Program-made: the position numbers and the translations under genes
Part shown: positions 11,464 through 24,309 of the stretch, piece by piece
Numbering within the stretch: the stretch's first letter is position 1
Layout of the letters: each line of letters starts with the position of its first letter
Notes under the pieces: generated by a model
What the model was told of the DNA's origin: nothing
What the model saw: only the letters and a program-made list of their open reading frames with translations
Database searches by the model: none
Source of the DNA: Lophium mytilinum
Lineage: Eukaryota
DNA: 47,093 nt
Assembly (NCBI GenBank): GCA_010093605.1
Contig: MU004185.1
Span: 2,377,334-2,424,426, forward strand
Reading direction: 5' to 3'

Positions 11464-12864
11464 ATGAAGAAATTCGGCTTCGGCAAGAAGGGAGACGACG
11501 ACGACTCCTCCGCCCGCTCCGCCCTCTTCGGCTCCCGCTCCAAGAAAGACTCCAAATCGCCCGCTGCCTCAAACCCCTACGCCGCCCCTCCACCCCCCTC
11601 AGACCCGTACGCCGCAGCCCCTCCCCCATACGCTGGGTCCCAGGACTCCTTCCGCCGCGACAACAAATCACCTGCCGTTACCAGCCAAGGCGGTGCCTAT
11701 GGCGGCAGCGGTGGATACGGTGGCCAGCCGGGTCAGGGCCAGGCAGGCTACGGACGTAGCCCGTACGGCGGCGGAGCGCCAGAGCCCCAGGCTGCGAGAC
11801 GGCCTGGTGGCTATGGAGGACTGGGGAGGGCCGATAGCAACGATACTATGACTACGGATGCGGGGAGGGAACAGTTGTTCGGCGCGGCGCCGCAGAGGGC
11901 CCAGCAGCAGCCGAGTGCGCCGCCAGGACAATACGGCGGGTATGGAGGCGCTCCGGGTGTTGCTGGAGGTGCTCCCGGGGCTGGGGGCTTCGACGCTGGA
12001 CAATCGGGCGGATATGGTGCATACGGGGACCGTGAGCTCACGCAGGAAGAGCAGGAGGAAGAAGACGTGAACGCGTCAAAGCAAGAAATAAAGTTCATCA
12101 AGCAGCAGGACGTCAGCTCGACGCGGAACGCGCTGCGGCTAGCCCAGCAGGCAGAAGAAACAGGCCGAGATACACTGGCGAGGTTGGGCGCTCAAGGTAC
12201 GAACTATAACTCCCCTTCCACAATCTATAGAACAAACCTGCTAACGACAACGGTGCCCAGGTGAGCGCATCCACAACACCGAACGCAACCTCGACCTCGC
12301 CTCCTCCCAGAACAGAATTGCAGAGGAAAAGGCCCGGGAACTGAAGACCCTCAACAAGTCCATGTTCGCCGTCCATGTCGGCAACCCCTTCACCAGCGCC
12401 TCCCGCCGCGAAGCCCGCGACGCCCAGCTCATGGAAACCCACCGTACCGAGCGCGAACAGCGTGACGCCACGCGCAAACAGGCATGGGAATCGCAGAGCC
12501 GCGCGCAGGCCGTGGGACGCGACCTCAACGGCAACTTGATCCGGAAGCCGCCCGGGGGCAGCACGCTGGCGGACCGCGCGAAGTACCAGTTTGAGGCGGA
12601 TAGCGAGGATGACGAGATGGAGAACGAGATTGATGGGAACTTGGATGCGCTGCATGGCGCCGCGAAGAGGCTGAATGGGCTGGGCAGGGCTATGGGCCAG
12701 GAGGTGGATACGCAGAACCGGCATATCGAGAGGATTATTGGGAAGACGGATAAGGTTGACGATCAAATTGCTATGGTAAGCTCAATTCTTTTCTTGTTGA
12801 TTGTTGTGGGGATGTTGAGGCTAACACGTCGCAGAATCGTGCAAGGCTCGATCGTATTCATTGA
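11464..12864 (+). CDS. SEC9: Plasma-membrane t-SNARE Sec9 (SNAP-25 family); join(11464..12196,12261..12775,12835..12864), 425 aa
   Basis: Gly/Tyr/Pro-rich N-terminus and two SNARE helices (STRNALRLAQQAEETGRDTLARLGAQGERIHNTERNLD; EMENEIDGNLD...MGQEVDTQNRHIERI...NRARLDRIH). Canonical introns. Confidence 0.93.
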
Positions 12865-13166
12865 GAGTTCGTTGAAAGGGATGTATATGTGTTTGAAGTG
12901 TGTTCAGTATGGGGTTAGTTGTATGTGAATTGGGCTAAGCTACACAACGTAGGGGATAGAGTAGCATGGCATAATTGGTTGGAGTTCTAGCTTTATTATC
13001 TCTCATTGCCTTAATTAAGGACTTTCCAGATCTGCGCCTACAACTGCCATCTTTATAGGATTGAATTAAAAAGGAGCCATGCATTTTCATTTCCCTAATC
13101 GTACTACATATATGCGTAGAAACTTACCTTATATCACATGCACGCAACCCTTTGCGCTGGCACTAC

Positions 13167-16100
13167 CTAATCCGATAAGACCAACCTGAACGTCGCCACC
13201 TCAAACGCCCTTATCTCAATCTCGACCCCCTTACTCGTCCTCTCTCCATCGACTAGCACCTCCGTCTCTACTAAACTGATCTCCTCACCCTCGTCCTCGA
13301 GCACATTGCACTTCTCCACCCTCTTGACATCCAAAACTCCCCAACTCAGCACACCCCTACTCCTTCCACCCATGGCATCGTACAACCTGACAATAACGCT
13401 GCGATCTTTGCGCAACGGAATGCCAATGGACGGCATATCCTTGTCGTCCTCGCCGCGCTTTACGGTGTCGAGGACCAAGTTGTCGGCCCCGGAAATACGG
13501 AGGGAGGAGAGCAGGGGCGCAACGCTAGCTGGAGAGGTATGTGTAGCGAGGTGGAGTGGCGAGTTGAAGGCGCGAGCAGTGCGAATCGTCAGAGGCGAGA
13601 GGGGGCCGGTGTGCGGGAGAATGGCATAACGAATGTGATGGCGGCCTTGCATATATCATTAGCAACATGTTCTGTGCAAAGGGGAACATATACTTACCCA
13701 TATCAGCATGCGCATCCGGCGCCTTGGGCGCCCTCAACAAACTCAACCTCATCAAATCTCCACATGTCGCAAACCCATACTTCGACTCGTTCAGAATACT
13801 CACGCCGTACCCGGCCTCGCTCAGATCCGCCCACTTGTGGCAGCACACCTCGAACTTCGCCATATCCCAAGTTGTGTTGTAGTGGGTCGGGCGGCGCACG
13901 ATGCCGAATTGGGTTTCGTAGGAGGCTTCTTGGTTCACGATGTCCACTGGGAACTCAACCTTGAGGAATTTCATTGTCTCGCGCCATTCCACTTCGCTGC
14001 TCATCTCCACGTAGCTGGGGTTGTCGCCGATGGCCGCGGCGAGTGAAATGGTGGTTTTGATCCAGCTGTGTTCGCTGATTTTCGTCTCGACCTCGACGGA
14101 AACGCGGTGCGGACCGGACTCTGTGATAGCGGTTTTGGCGGCGTGGAGCTCTTTCCGTGAATCGAGGTGGTAGACTTCGACATCCCATGCTTGCCAGTAG
14201 AGTGGCTTGTCGTCGAAGATGACTAGCTGGTTGGCCTTCTTGCCCTTGGGAATGATTTCACGCTTAGCAGCGAGGTCGTAGAGGGAAGTGATAACGCCAT
14301 CAGAGACTTCGACTTTGAATTGGCTGTTGGAGAGCTCGTAGACGCCTTGGGCGGTTTCTTTAATGGACGCTGAATATGCGGGATAGGCGGACAGCATTGG
14401 GCGGACATCCAGCAAACCATCGCCATTGACTAGATAGTAGGGTTCAATTGATCTGGCAGGTTTGAGTAGCTCTGTACGGGACCAAGGAAGAGTGTTGAGC
14501 CCAACTAGTCTGCCTATCGAGGACTCGCTCGGATGGCCGAAGCCGAGCGCTTTCATAGCACCCTTCAAGAGTTTTTCGCCCGTCTTGAAGACCTTTGCGT
14601 ATAGCTAGGACAGCGTTAGTAGGTTGTAGATGCGAGATTACACGATACATACCTCATCCGAGTCGTCGTAGCACATCTCGATGGAACTACCAGGCAGACA
14701 GTCGTGGAATTGGCAGAGCAAGACATTTTCCCACATCTCGTCGATGTCCGACTTGGGATACTCATACTCGGAGTCTTTGATGCTTGCAAGAGTACCTAGG
14801 TACTCGAGGTCATGCAGCAGAATCTCCGAGTACCGGTTGTTTCGCTTGTTGTTTGCCTGGGTAGTGTATGTTCCACGATGAAGCTCGAAATAGAGCTCGC
14901 CGTACCAGGTGACCAGATCAGTGCCATCTGCAATCTTCTTTTCTAACTTATCGAAGAAGTCCTCCACAGAGCCGCCAAGCTTGATGCGGGGCAGAAGGCC
15001 GACCTTGTCGCTGATACCTCTGCACCGTCGAAGCTTCTCAATGTGCTGGTAGGTCGGGCCTCCTCCACCGTCACCCTTGCCGAAGACAAGAAGCGACGTG
15101 TGGTCTTGGTCTAGCGACTTGTGCTGCGTGACACTGCGCTTGACGTCGCCAAAGTTAGCTTCTGCAGTGTAGGTCTCGGATGGAGCCATATGGCAGATGA
15201 CCTGGCTACCATCGAGAGCAACCCAGTTGAAGGTCGTGTGAGGGAAGTTGTTGATGTTGTTCCAGCTCAGCTTCTGGGTAAAGAACCTGCTCATACCAGC
15301 CAGTCGGCAGATCTGTGGCAGCTGAGTGGAGTATCCAAAGGTGTCCGGAAGCCAGAAAGTCTTGCACCGCTGACCGAAACGACTCTCAAAGAAGCGTTGT
15401 CCGGCAACGAACTGGCGAACGAGGGATTCTCCGCTCGGCATGTTGGTGTCGTGTTCTACCCAGCTGCCTCCAATAGGTTGGAATGTGCCTTCTTTGACCT
15501 TTTGCTTCACGCGATCAAAGACTCCCGGGTACAGCGTCTCCAGCCATTTGTACTGCTGCGCCTGCGAAGCGCAGAACCTCAGCTCCGGGTATCGATCGAT
15601 GAGGTCGCATTGGTTCGACCATGAGCGTGCGACTTTGCGCTTCGTCTCTGCCCAAGGCCACAGCCAGCACGTATCAATGTGGCAATGCCCAATTCCACTA
15701 ACAATGGCTTCTTGGTCGCCGTCGTAGACCTTCTCAGAGTCGACCTTGTCACCCAAGAATTTCCGGGCGATCTTGCGGCACTCTTTGATGGCGTCGTTGC
15801 TTCCTTTGCCAGCAATGAAAGTGTCCATGATGGCGTTTCCAATCACACCAGCTTCGTGGGACTCCCACGAGTCGCCTGGAAACTCTCGAGACGCATCTGT
15901 TCGAATTAGCATTGAAGTGGCCCTAGAGTTCCTAGAAGCTTACCTCCGATCTCCCAGAAATCAAAGTAAAGTCCTCTAGCTTCAAGGTTGATAGCCACTA
16001 TGTCTGCTGTATGCAGTTGGAAGTACGTATTTGGATCTGGGGGTTGGATCGAGTCTCCGCCCGGTGCATTGCCAAACATCTTGTTGCATGCCATCTCGAT

Positions 16101-16670
16101 GTAGAAGACATGCTCTTTCCCATCTCTGTATGACTCTGGGAGCACCCACTCCACTCGCTCCCCACCGCCAGTCAAGCCATGGACAACGTCGCCAGACTCG
16201 GTCCAGATCAAGCCCTCGTTGTTCGCATCCCACCGGAACTCGAGGTGCTCCTTGTCCTTGAGCTCCTTGGGTACAGTCAATTGGATGCGGAACCAATGCG
16301 TCGACCAGCTGGGGCCAAACGCTTTGCCGACGCTCGTGGGGGTAAAATCGTGCGAGGTGGCGTCGTTGAAGGTTGGGCGCGAGAGGTCGGGTGGGGAGTA
16401 GACGGAGAGCTTGATCCATTCTGCGCCCGAGGCGCTAGCTTCGATAATCTTCCTGTATAAACGTTAGATATTTTGTTGATGTTGTTGTATAGTTTGAGGT
16501 TGTTCAAGCTATACTCACGGCGGGAGGTTCTGCTCTCTGTACTGGCCGTCGCCCATGAACATACGTAGCCGGTCGGCGTAGATGTTGTGAATCTTCTTGC
16601 CTACAGGACCAGCTGCAAGCTTCGGGTATGTGGCCGGGGGGCCCATCTTGAGGTGTGTTTCTCCTCCCAT
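13167..16670 (-). CDS. AMS1: Vacuolar/cytosolic alpha-mannosidase, GH38; exons 16670-16519, 16452-15944, 15896-14653, 14604-13698, 13645-13167; 1096 aa
   Basis: Motifs FGPSWSTHWF, GHCHIDTCWLWP, FWLPDTFGYS, GKGDGGGGP, GELYFELHRGTYT, LCQFHDCLPGSSI and RPTHYNTTWDMAKFEVC. Four frame-consistent introns, the last with an AAG acceptor. Confidence 0.95.
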
Positions 16671-17318
16671 GGTGTATAAGTTGGTATAGTTGGTGTGGTG
16701 TTGGATGATGCAGTGATGGAGCTCAGCTGCAGCTCCGTGCCTTGCAGCAAGAGGCGGGGATGGTGGCGCAAGCGGGAGCTCAGCCACCCATAATCCCTCG
16801 ACATCACTTCAACATCTGGACTTCGACATCACTTCACCACCACTCCGCCATCCACCTAGAATCGGAGCATAGCAGCGGAGGGAAGATATTCCTGAACATG
16901 CCCGTATTCTACTGCATGCCACCTCTTGTGCGAGGGTTGGCAGACACAAGATATGTCATGACCACCTCAATGTTACACTTCCCCTCACTCCCGTCCCTTT
17001 TCAAGCATCGGTCATGGGAGTGGATGCGATGAATGTGTTGGCATCACTCTCATTGCACACATCCAAAGAATCCTACGCTTTAGAGATCGGGGGGCTATGG
17101 CAGCCTACACTCTAGGGCTGCATCACTCCAAACATGCAAAATGATAAACAAGTCTTCCAATTTAGGTTCAATGCCCATTCAATTATCCACCATTTCACGC
17201 ATTACACGCTTCTTCACAGAAAACCATGACTCTCAACCCTCTCAATCTCGTCTCCCTTCCGTTGTCTTTCATTACATTCCTTGAAGCCTCATTCCCTTCA
17301 AATCTCCGGCTACCCAAC

Positions 17319-17816
17319 CTACGAACCCCCAATCCTCAAATACAAATCCGTAATCTTACACGCCTTGGTCACATCCATCTCCGGGGTCTTGATCCCGGGA
17401 CAATTATTGCCACTGACCTCCTCGTACCCAAACGGCTCCTGGTTGACCTTTCCAAAGCTATAGTAAATGTTCCCCTCTGCCGCATTGAGCGTGTAGCCGA
17501 AGATAAACGTGCCGGCGCCATTGTACAGCGCATCCGGCGCCTTTGTGATCTTCAGCGCTATCCCGGTCTTGGGGTCGTAGTGCTGGGACTCGGACCATAG
17601 CGTGTATGGGTAAATGGTTTGCATGGGGCCGGCCACGCTGGAGACGGACCACAGGTAGATGGGCTTCGGCGTGGCATTGTAGACGTTGATTTTGTGGGCC
17701 GTGGCGTCGGAGGTCTCCCGTGTGGCGACTGCGATGGCGCCCTCTTCGGGAGTGGGTCGCGCGTAAACGGTGGCGCAGAGGCCGAGGAAGAGGGAGACGA
17801 GGGCGAGAAGTTGCAT
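17319..17816 (-). CDS. Small secreted Bys1-family protein, 165 aa
   Basis: Signal peptide MQLLALVSLFLGLCATVYA. The pattern VYN..PIYLWSVSS...GIALKITK..DALYNG....FGYTL....IYYSF....EPF resembles the Bys1 (thaumatin-like fold) family. Confidence 0.75.
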   Translation of the reverse strand: MQLLALVSLFLGLCATVYARPTPEEGAIAVATRETSDATAHKINVYNATPKPIYLWSVSSVAGPMQTIYPYTLWSESQHYDPKTGIALKITKAPDALYNGAGTFIFGYTLNAAEGNIYYSFGKVNQEPFGYEEVSGNNCPGIKTPEMDVTKACKITDLYLRIGGS

Positions 17817-18889
17817 TTTTTAATTGTCGTGCAAGTGGTGTTGCTTCCAATGTTTCCCGTGAGCCGTGAAGCTTGATGTGGCGGAGGATGAAAGCGAGAG
17901 CAGACGAGAAGAGATATAAAAGCTCCGAGGTAAGCTATCAGTCCGGTCATGCTATCTGCATTCCTCCCACAAAGTCGTCATGGACTGCTCGCGCTGGTTC
18001 AATGGTCCTGTGCAATACGGATGTCCGCAGAAATAGATAGTGTTTGTGTTATCATGGGGCGGCCACGAGACAATGGCTATCTACTCACTTGACAACAGTG
18101 GATATTTCGTAGCACTCGAAAGGGTCGACGATCACTCCCGCTTCTCTGATGAGCCAGTACCTTTCCAGCATTTGCTTACGTGGGTTTGAATGTTCTGAAG
18201 ACTTCTGAAAAGAAGCATATGAGTTTCAATATTCGGTTTCAAGTCCCGCGCGTCTCGTTCGTTCCTAGCGGGCTATATTTTTCTCGGAAGGCGTGTTTGG
18301 CGAGGATGCAGATACTACTAAGCCTCCAATTTGATCCCTTCAAGAGCCAGTTGAGCATCGCGTGACATCTGAGCAGTGGGGAGCATACGTTACACTCTGG
18401 GGTGGCGCAAAGTCCCCGATATACCTCGAATAATTCCCAGTGCTTAAGTATTGATCGCCTCGTGATTTGACGTCTTGATCACAACACCTTGGTGGTTCTC
18501 CTTCCGTACAATTAAACTCCAACTCTTACACAACTTTTGATCATCCTTCAAATATGAGGGGAATTAGATGGGTATCGCAAGGACTTCGAGTGGAGGAAAT
18601 CACCTCGAATGCAACACCGAAGTGTGGCTAATGCCGTCCTCTGGAGGTACAGGTGTGGCGGATGATCCACCGCAGCCTCAACTCAATATTTCTTCGTAGA
18701 ACGAAACACATTAAGATTCCACCCTGCCAACTTTTGACGCGAATGGCATTTCTACTTCACTAGGAAAAGGTCTAGCCAAAGGTGTGAATTACTACGTAGC
18801 GATCTAACGACACCGAACCTTAGAAGTTCTCCGACTAATAGACGCCAGAAAGCCAGAGTCATGTGAAAGTCATGTGCTGCCTTGGAGGC

Positions 18890-19159
18890 ATTACGTAGCT
18901 TAAACTGTTCACAGTAGCCATCGACAACGGGAGTATGTGCCTGCTGGGTCTCGCTGCTGACAAGGCCGCTCTGCCTCTGCTCTCGGGTAGGCCACACAGT
19001 CTTCAGCACGAACGGTAACCGTTTTGATGCGCCGAAAAACTATTGGTACCTGTCCTACGGGGTATGATAGTCATTGAGGCGTGCGATGACCTTGATACCG
19101 AAGTTGACGAACTGGACTATTGCCAAAGCGAGAGCGACGAGCGCGAGGGTATCTGCCAC
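18890..19159 (-). pseudogene. Relic of a SesA-like N-terminal effector domain of a fungal NLR/NACHT protein
   Basis: Minus strand reads VADTLALVALALAIVQFVNFGIKVIARLNDYHT/x/VGQVPIVFRRIKT/x/LPFVLKTVWPTREQRQSGLVSSETQQAHTPVVDGYCEQFKL with two frameshifts and GTG where the ATG is expected. This matches the recalled SesA-type consensus IVQFVDFG.KV..RL....VP..FR.I...LP. Confidence 0.6.
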
Positions 19160-20094
19160 GCCAAATCACGAAGACGTCTGTGGGTAGGTAGCGAGAATGC
19201 AATTCAGATCGGTTTAGATGCTCAAAATCGTTATAGCTGGGGCCGTCAAGAATATGAAGCATGGGAAAACTGTCAGGCTGGACGCTGAACCTAAGCGCTT
19301 GGGGCTGATAAAGGATTATACCGCTAGTTTCGAATTGGCTTAGTGCTCTATCTCTGCGTTCCATCTTATGATACCCAGCCTAGTTCTAAACAGTAGATAG
19401 AAATTGGGTACTACTATGTACGTAGACTTACGTAGAGAAGACTACTACGAATCTATCTTTTTCATGGTTTTCTTGACGGCATGTTTCCTCGACCGCGAAT
19501 CAAAAGGCGCTGGTAGGGGTGGTCCACGCACGCTCGCTTCCCTCCTTCCTTGCCTGCAGAAGTGTTCGGATAACTCGATATCTTCAATTTACTTATGATG
19601 GCAATTGGTGACAGCGCATCAGATTGCCAGGCATGCCAGGGTAAGTTCCTGGCGCGCTATTTTGGCATCAAGCCGCATCCGTCCCGCGGGCGCTAGGGAC
19701 CCCTTTTAATGCGCACTAGTGGAACATCGGGGACTCCGCCTCCAGATTGGGATCCTGTCAAGCTCAATCCATCTTAGCGGATCGCTTACACCTCATGTTC
19801 CCCGTCTTTTGCTCCCTTGGACCTGACCCAGCCAGCCACGAGGTTCCAGAGCCGCGTGCTCGTGGCGTCTGGACCCTCGCTTTAGCCGCCAAATTCTCCT
19901 AGTTTCAAGACTATCGAAGCGGCGGTTGCTGTCTAGTCTTTCACGATGTGGAAATGAATGAACCACAAGCCTTTCAGGAGGGGGTATGTATAGGCGGCCG
20001 AGCTCTCGTGGTGTCCCTCGTCTAGCATCTCCTCCATCGTGGCCGCCTTCAATCAGTTGATATCGCACTCGTTGAACTTTATCTAGCATCCAAG

Positions 20095-21508
20095 ATGCAG
20101 TCTGTCGTTTCAGTCCTTTTCCTTCTCCTCGCCTTCTTCGACTTCGGTCTTTGCACTGCTACTTGCGGTCCTGCGGTAGCTTCGTGCGCAAAGTTGCCCG
20201 TAGCTTCTGGCAAAGCATGTTCATCCATCATCGGTACGCGCTGCGAGTTCTTCCTGGACACTGAGACGCCCTCTGACAAGCATTTGCCTTTTAGCCAGTA
20301 GCAAGCTGAAGATCGCAACATGCGAAAAGCCTAGGTCTACCATCGTGAAGACCGTGACTGTTACTCCGAAACTCGCGACTCGCTCCATCACCGTCAAGTC
20401 CACTCTCTCGAAGCCAACGTACGCCCCGGAACACTCTTTCAAGGTGCCCCGGGCAATGGGCTGATGTTTTGCAGGACTATTCGCCGTACATCCCTATCGA
20501 TAGAGACGGATTACACCACCGAGAGTCTATTCAGCACCGAGACTCAATTCAGCACTTTCACTGACGTCTCGTAAGTGACCCTAAAGCTATCCCGCTACAT
20601 CAATCTGTCAAGTCGGCGGCTGCTAACATTGCTGGACAGCACCGCGACTGAGTACGCTACGATAACGGTTCCGGAAACCACTACCTCCACCGCTACCACC
20701 GTCTCGTGAGTAATATTGGGAGAAAGCGGCAATGATTACGCTAACCTGCAGTAGAACAAGCACTTCGACGCTCACCACGACCTGGTTTGAAGAGGATCAC
20801 TGCGATGCCGCACCCGTCAAGCGTGACGGCCTCTTCAGGAGAAACAAGAACCCGCTTCCCAAAGACTGCTCATGCTATCTCACAACAAGCAAGTCGTGCA
20901 ACAGCCAGCCCACCACCATCTACAAAACGGTGACCAAGTTGCCCGCTACCACCACGAAGTCCGTCACCATTATCGCGACAGTCAACAAGGTCATTACGCA
21001 GTCCACAATCCAGCGCTCCACGACCCTGATCCAAGAAACCACGCTCATCGATGCTACCACTATCGTCCCGGTTTCCACTCTATCTTCCACGACCGAGACC
21101 TCCACGGAAACGGCCACTTCGACGGCCACCGAGGTCACCACCGTCACCGAGAGCGCTTCGGCCACAGCAACCGCTTACGTTGACCGCTGCGCGCCCGGGA
21201 ACATCGAGCAACTGAGCGGCATTCCCAGTTTCCTCAACGGCGTCGTGGTCCAGCTCGGTATGACAAGCGACTACCAGGGCGACTACTACTGCTGCCAAGA
21301 CTGCTTCAATAACGCCGACTGCGTGTACTGGGCTAAGAGCAGTCAGGCCTGCTATGGCTATTACACCTCACGGACTGGGCCAGAAGACGACTGCAAGGTC
21401 GCGGGTCAGTGCACGAGGGGTGTACAACAGTGGGAGGATACTACAAACCAGGGTGGAATGACTTACTACAAGGGGAAGTGTATGAGAGAAGCTCCAGGGC
21501 CGGCGTAA
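20095..21508 (+). CDS. Secreted Thr-rich, Cys-containing protein with a C-terminal PAN/Apple-like cysteine module; join(20095..20233,20295..20418,20475..20570,20640..20705,20755..21508), 392 aa
   Basis: Signal peptide MQSVVSVLFLLLAFFDFGLCTA, four GT-AG introns that preserve frame, two Thr-rich stalks, and a C-terminal CCQDCFNNADCVYW...CYGY...C...CTRG...YYKGKC. Confidence 0.8.
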
Positions 21509-22039
21509 TAAGTCCGGGATGGTGGTATTACTACATAATAATAAATCTTATTCTGATCCATACTCGGCGCCGTTGTCGGTTCATCCTGCATGCTTGAATA
21601 GAGTTTCAAATATGCCTTTCGTCGTCCCAACCGACGGCTTCTCTTGTCCTTTGCACCAACACAATTCCGAGCAATAGAGAAGGAAGGTAGAGATGAATCG
21701 ATAATCACGTGAGCCAAGGAACCCGCTCTTTGGCTTGAGAGCATAGAACTGCACAGGCAAAGGATATCATTTTCATGTTATACTTTAGATGGCCTACACG
21801 CGAGATGGACAGTTAGGATTGATTGGACGCGCAGAGTAAAATGAGGTTACTGGCTCCCCATTCTAGTTAGGCTGGCATTGGCAACGCTTGACCATGCAGA
21901 GGTCCGGCATCGCCATCTCCATCACAGCCTCTTCCGCATCACTCCAAATCGTGCCGTCTGCGTTTGACAAGTCTTTACACTATGGTTTGGCCGCCCTGCC
22001 AGGACAGGGGCCTATGCTTTCCAACAGCATGCACTCCCT

Positions 22040-24309
22040 TCAGGAAATTTCCTCCACATGCACTGCCTCTACCACCACTTCCGACGGCGTCGAAATGCCC
22101 GAGTCATCGCGCTTCCGCTTTCCAGCCACACTCTTCAGTAACGCGCAGATTTGGACGACACCCCCGTCAATAAGAGGGAGGAAGATTGCAATGATCAAAG
22201 CCACCCATAGCCAGAGGAGGGCGACGACAACCTAGGCCTTGAAGAGTCCCTTTGACATGATGGTCTTTGCGCCGTACGTTGGCAGCGGCCACAGCAAAAC
22301 CTGACCAACGATTGTGGCGGCACCCCATATTGCTGCATCTCTCGACGCACGTTTCATGTACCGCACTCGCTCAGGCGAAAAGTAATCTTCTCGGTTGAAC
22401 TAGTGACCGGTCGAGTGTTCCGACTGCACCTGTCCTATTGTCAAGAACGTGTCCCAGTCGAAATTCTGTGGCCGCCAGAATGATATGGCCAACGTGATCG
22501 GGAGCGGCACGAAGCATGAAGTCAAGCATCCGTACATGCACGGCAGTGTTTTGCCCGTCGACGTGATGGTGATCTCGCCGTACACAGCGAACGCGGTTCC
22601 GAACCAGACGGCGAAGCCGCAAAGCATGCCGACAATGGGCGAGATAATTGTGGCCGCTTGGCTCTGGCCTCTCCAGAGAAGAGTGAAGCATGTCGGGAAT
22701 GTCCCTGGGCTATTCCAGAGTCAGCAGTCTTCTATCACATATCCATTTCGCGAAAGGGGAGCTGCGTCTTACCAAACGACAATCCCAAGCATGTAGATCG
22801 TCCAGTTCAAGTCTACTCCACCCTTATGCAAGGCGGTCGCGAACGAGGAGATGAAGATCGAGCACCCCACCACTCCAATGTGCGACCACCTGATCAATTG
22901 TTTGTCGGTAGGCGTTTTGTTGATGTAGGTTCCATATACATCAAATGAGATGATTAAGCTGACCGCAATAAGTTGCGCCGAAGCAACGCTGGTACAAGCC
23001 ATGAAAAATATCAGCAAGATAGCCGCAGCGCCTCCCTTTCCGGCCACAGCAGAAGCAGTATATGGCAGAACCAGGCCACCTTTGAGCAATTAGTCGAATT
23101 TCGCAGGCTGACTTCAACGTGCACCTACCGGAAACCTCCGCCTGCGTCATAAGCCTTGGCCAGGTGGGAAAGGCTGGCGTTTGCTCCAATGCGACCGCAC
23201 CTAGATGCTTGTTAGTATTGTACTCGGGGACTCGTTTCCATTCGCGTATAGAAACCCACCAAGGCCAACGATCGTCCTAAACGCGAACGGGATGGCGTAA
23301 TAGGCGTTTCCGCCTAAGATGTATCCAGGAACAGCAGCCGCAACATCTGCCGAGAATCCTTTTTGCTACACGCCTGTGTCCATAATCACGATGCCGAAAT
23401 TCTGGTAATATGAATGATTCCGAAGAACACCGACTCTTTGCTCGTCATAGACAAGTACGAGCCGTAGTAATTGCCTTCCACAGGTCCGGACGCCGAAAGC
23501 TTGAGAATGGCGTCGTAGAGCGCAGAGATACTCCCATCTCGTTCATGACGAAGATCCTGATCGTAAACCACACCAGCACAACCATAATGATGAAGGTATG
23601 GATGTAGTCAGTGAGGAACGTAGCACGAAAACCTCCCCCGTACGTATACACTACAACACCAATCGGGAGCAAGTACGTGGAAGCGATAATATCTACGCCG
23701 GTTAACGAGGACACCGCCGTCGAGGCACCTACCAGTATCGAAGTGAAGTTGAAGATATTATTCAGAAGAGCAAAGATAATCCAGACAACATGTGCGATGT
23801 TTCCATACCGGACTTTGATGATCTCGAGCAGAGTATGGGCGTTTGGAGCCTTCAGTTTGGCTTGGATTGCAAGAAATGCGAAAAAGCAAATCATGGTACT
23901 CTGGCCGTTGGCCCACCAGACAGGAAGTGCGATTTCGTAACGGTATGTGAGATATGGTGCTCCAAGAAGCGCAGAGGTGAAAGTCCACGAAGGGATAACT
24001 GCGGATGCCGTCAACCCAATTCCCACGCTCCGATTGGCGACCATGAATCTGAATCATAGGACTGTTAACACGTTGTACACCCCCGTGGAATCAGAGTTCG
24101 TCTCACGTTTCGGTCGACTTGTTGTCCTCTCCGAAGGCATTTTTCAAGGTCCGAGTCACGAAGATCATGCCTAAGTTTCGTTAGCATTTTGCAGTCAATC
24201 GGATATCTCATGTGGAGCTTCACATACCAATCGCGAAGGCTACACCTAGACCAACTACCACACCATAACCAACTCCCTGGGAGAGTGGTGGTTGAAGAGC
24301 TTCACTCAT
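22040..24309 (-). pseudogene. DUR3: DUR3-like urea/polyamine transporter (sodium:solute symporter family), pseudogene
   Basis: Start MSEALQPPLSQGVGYGVVVGLG, with motifs FMVANRSVGIGLTASAV, KAPNAHTLLEII, GGFRATFLTDYIHT, QLIAVSLIISFDVYGTYIN and QNFDW. Frameshifts near 23535 and 23402; in-frame TAG at 23366-23368, 22400-22402 and 22232-22234. Confidence 0.88.
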
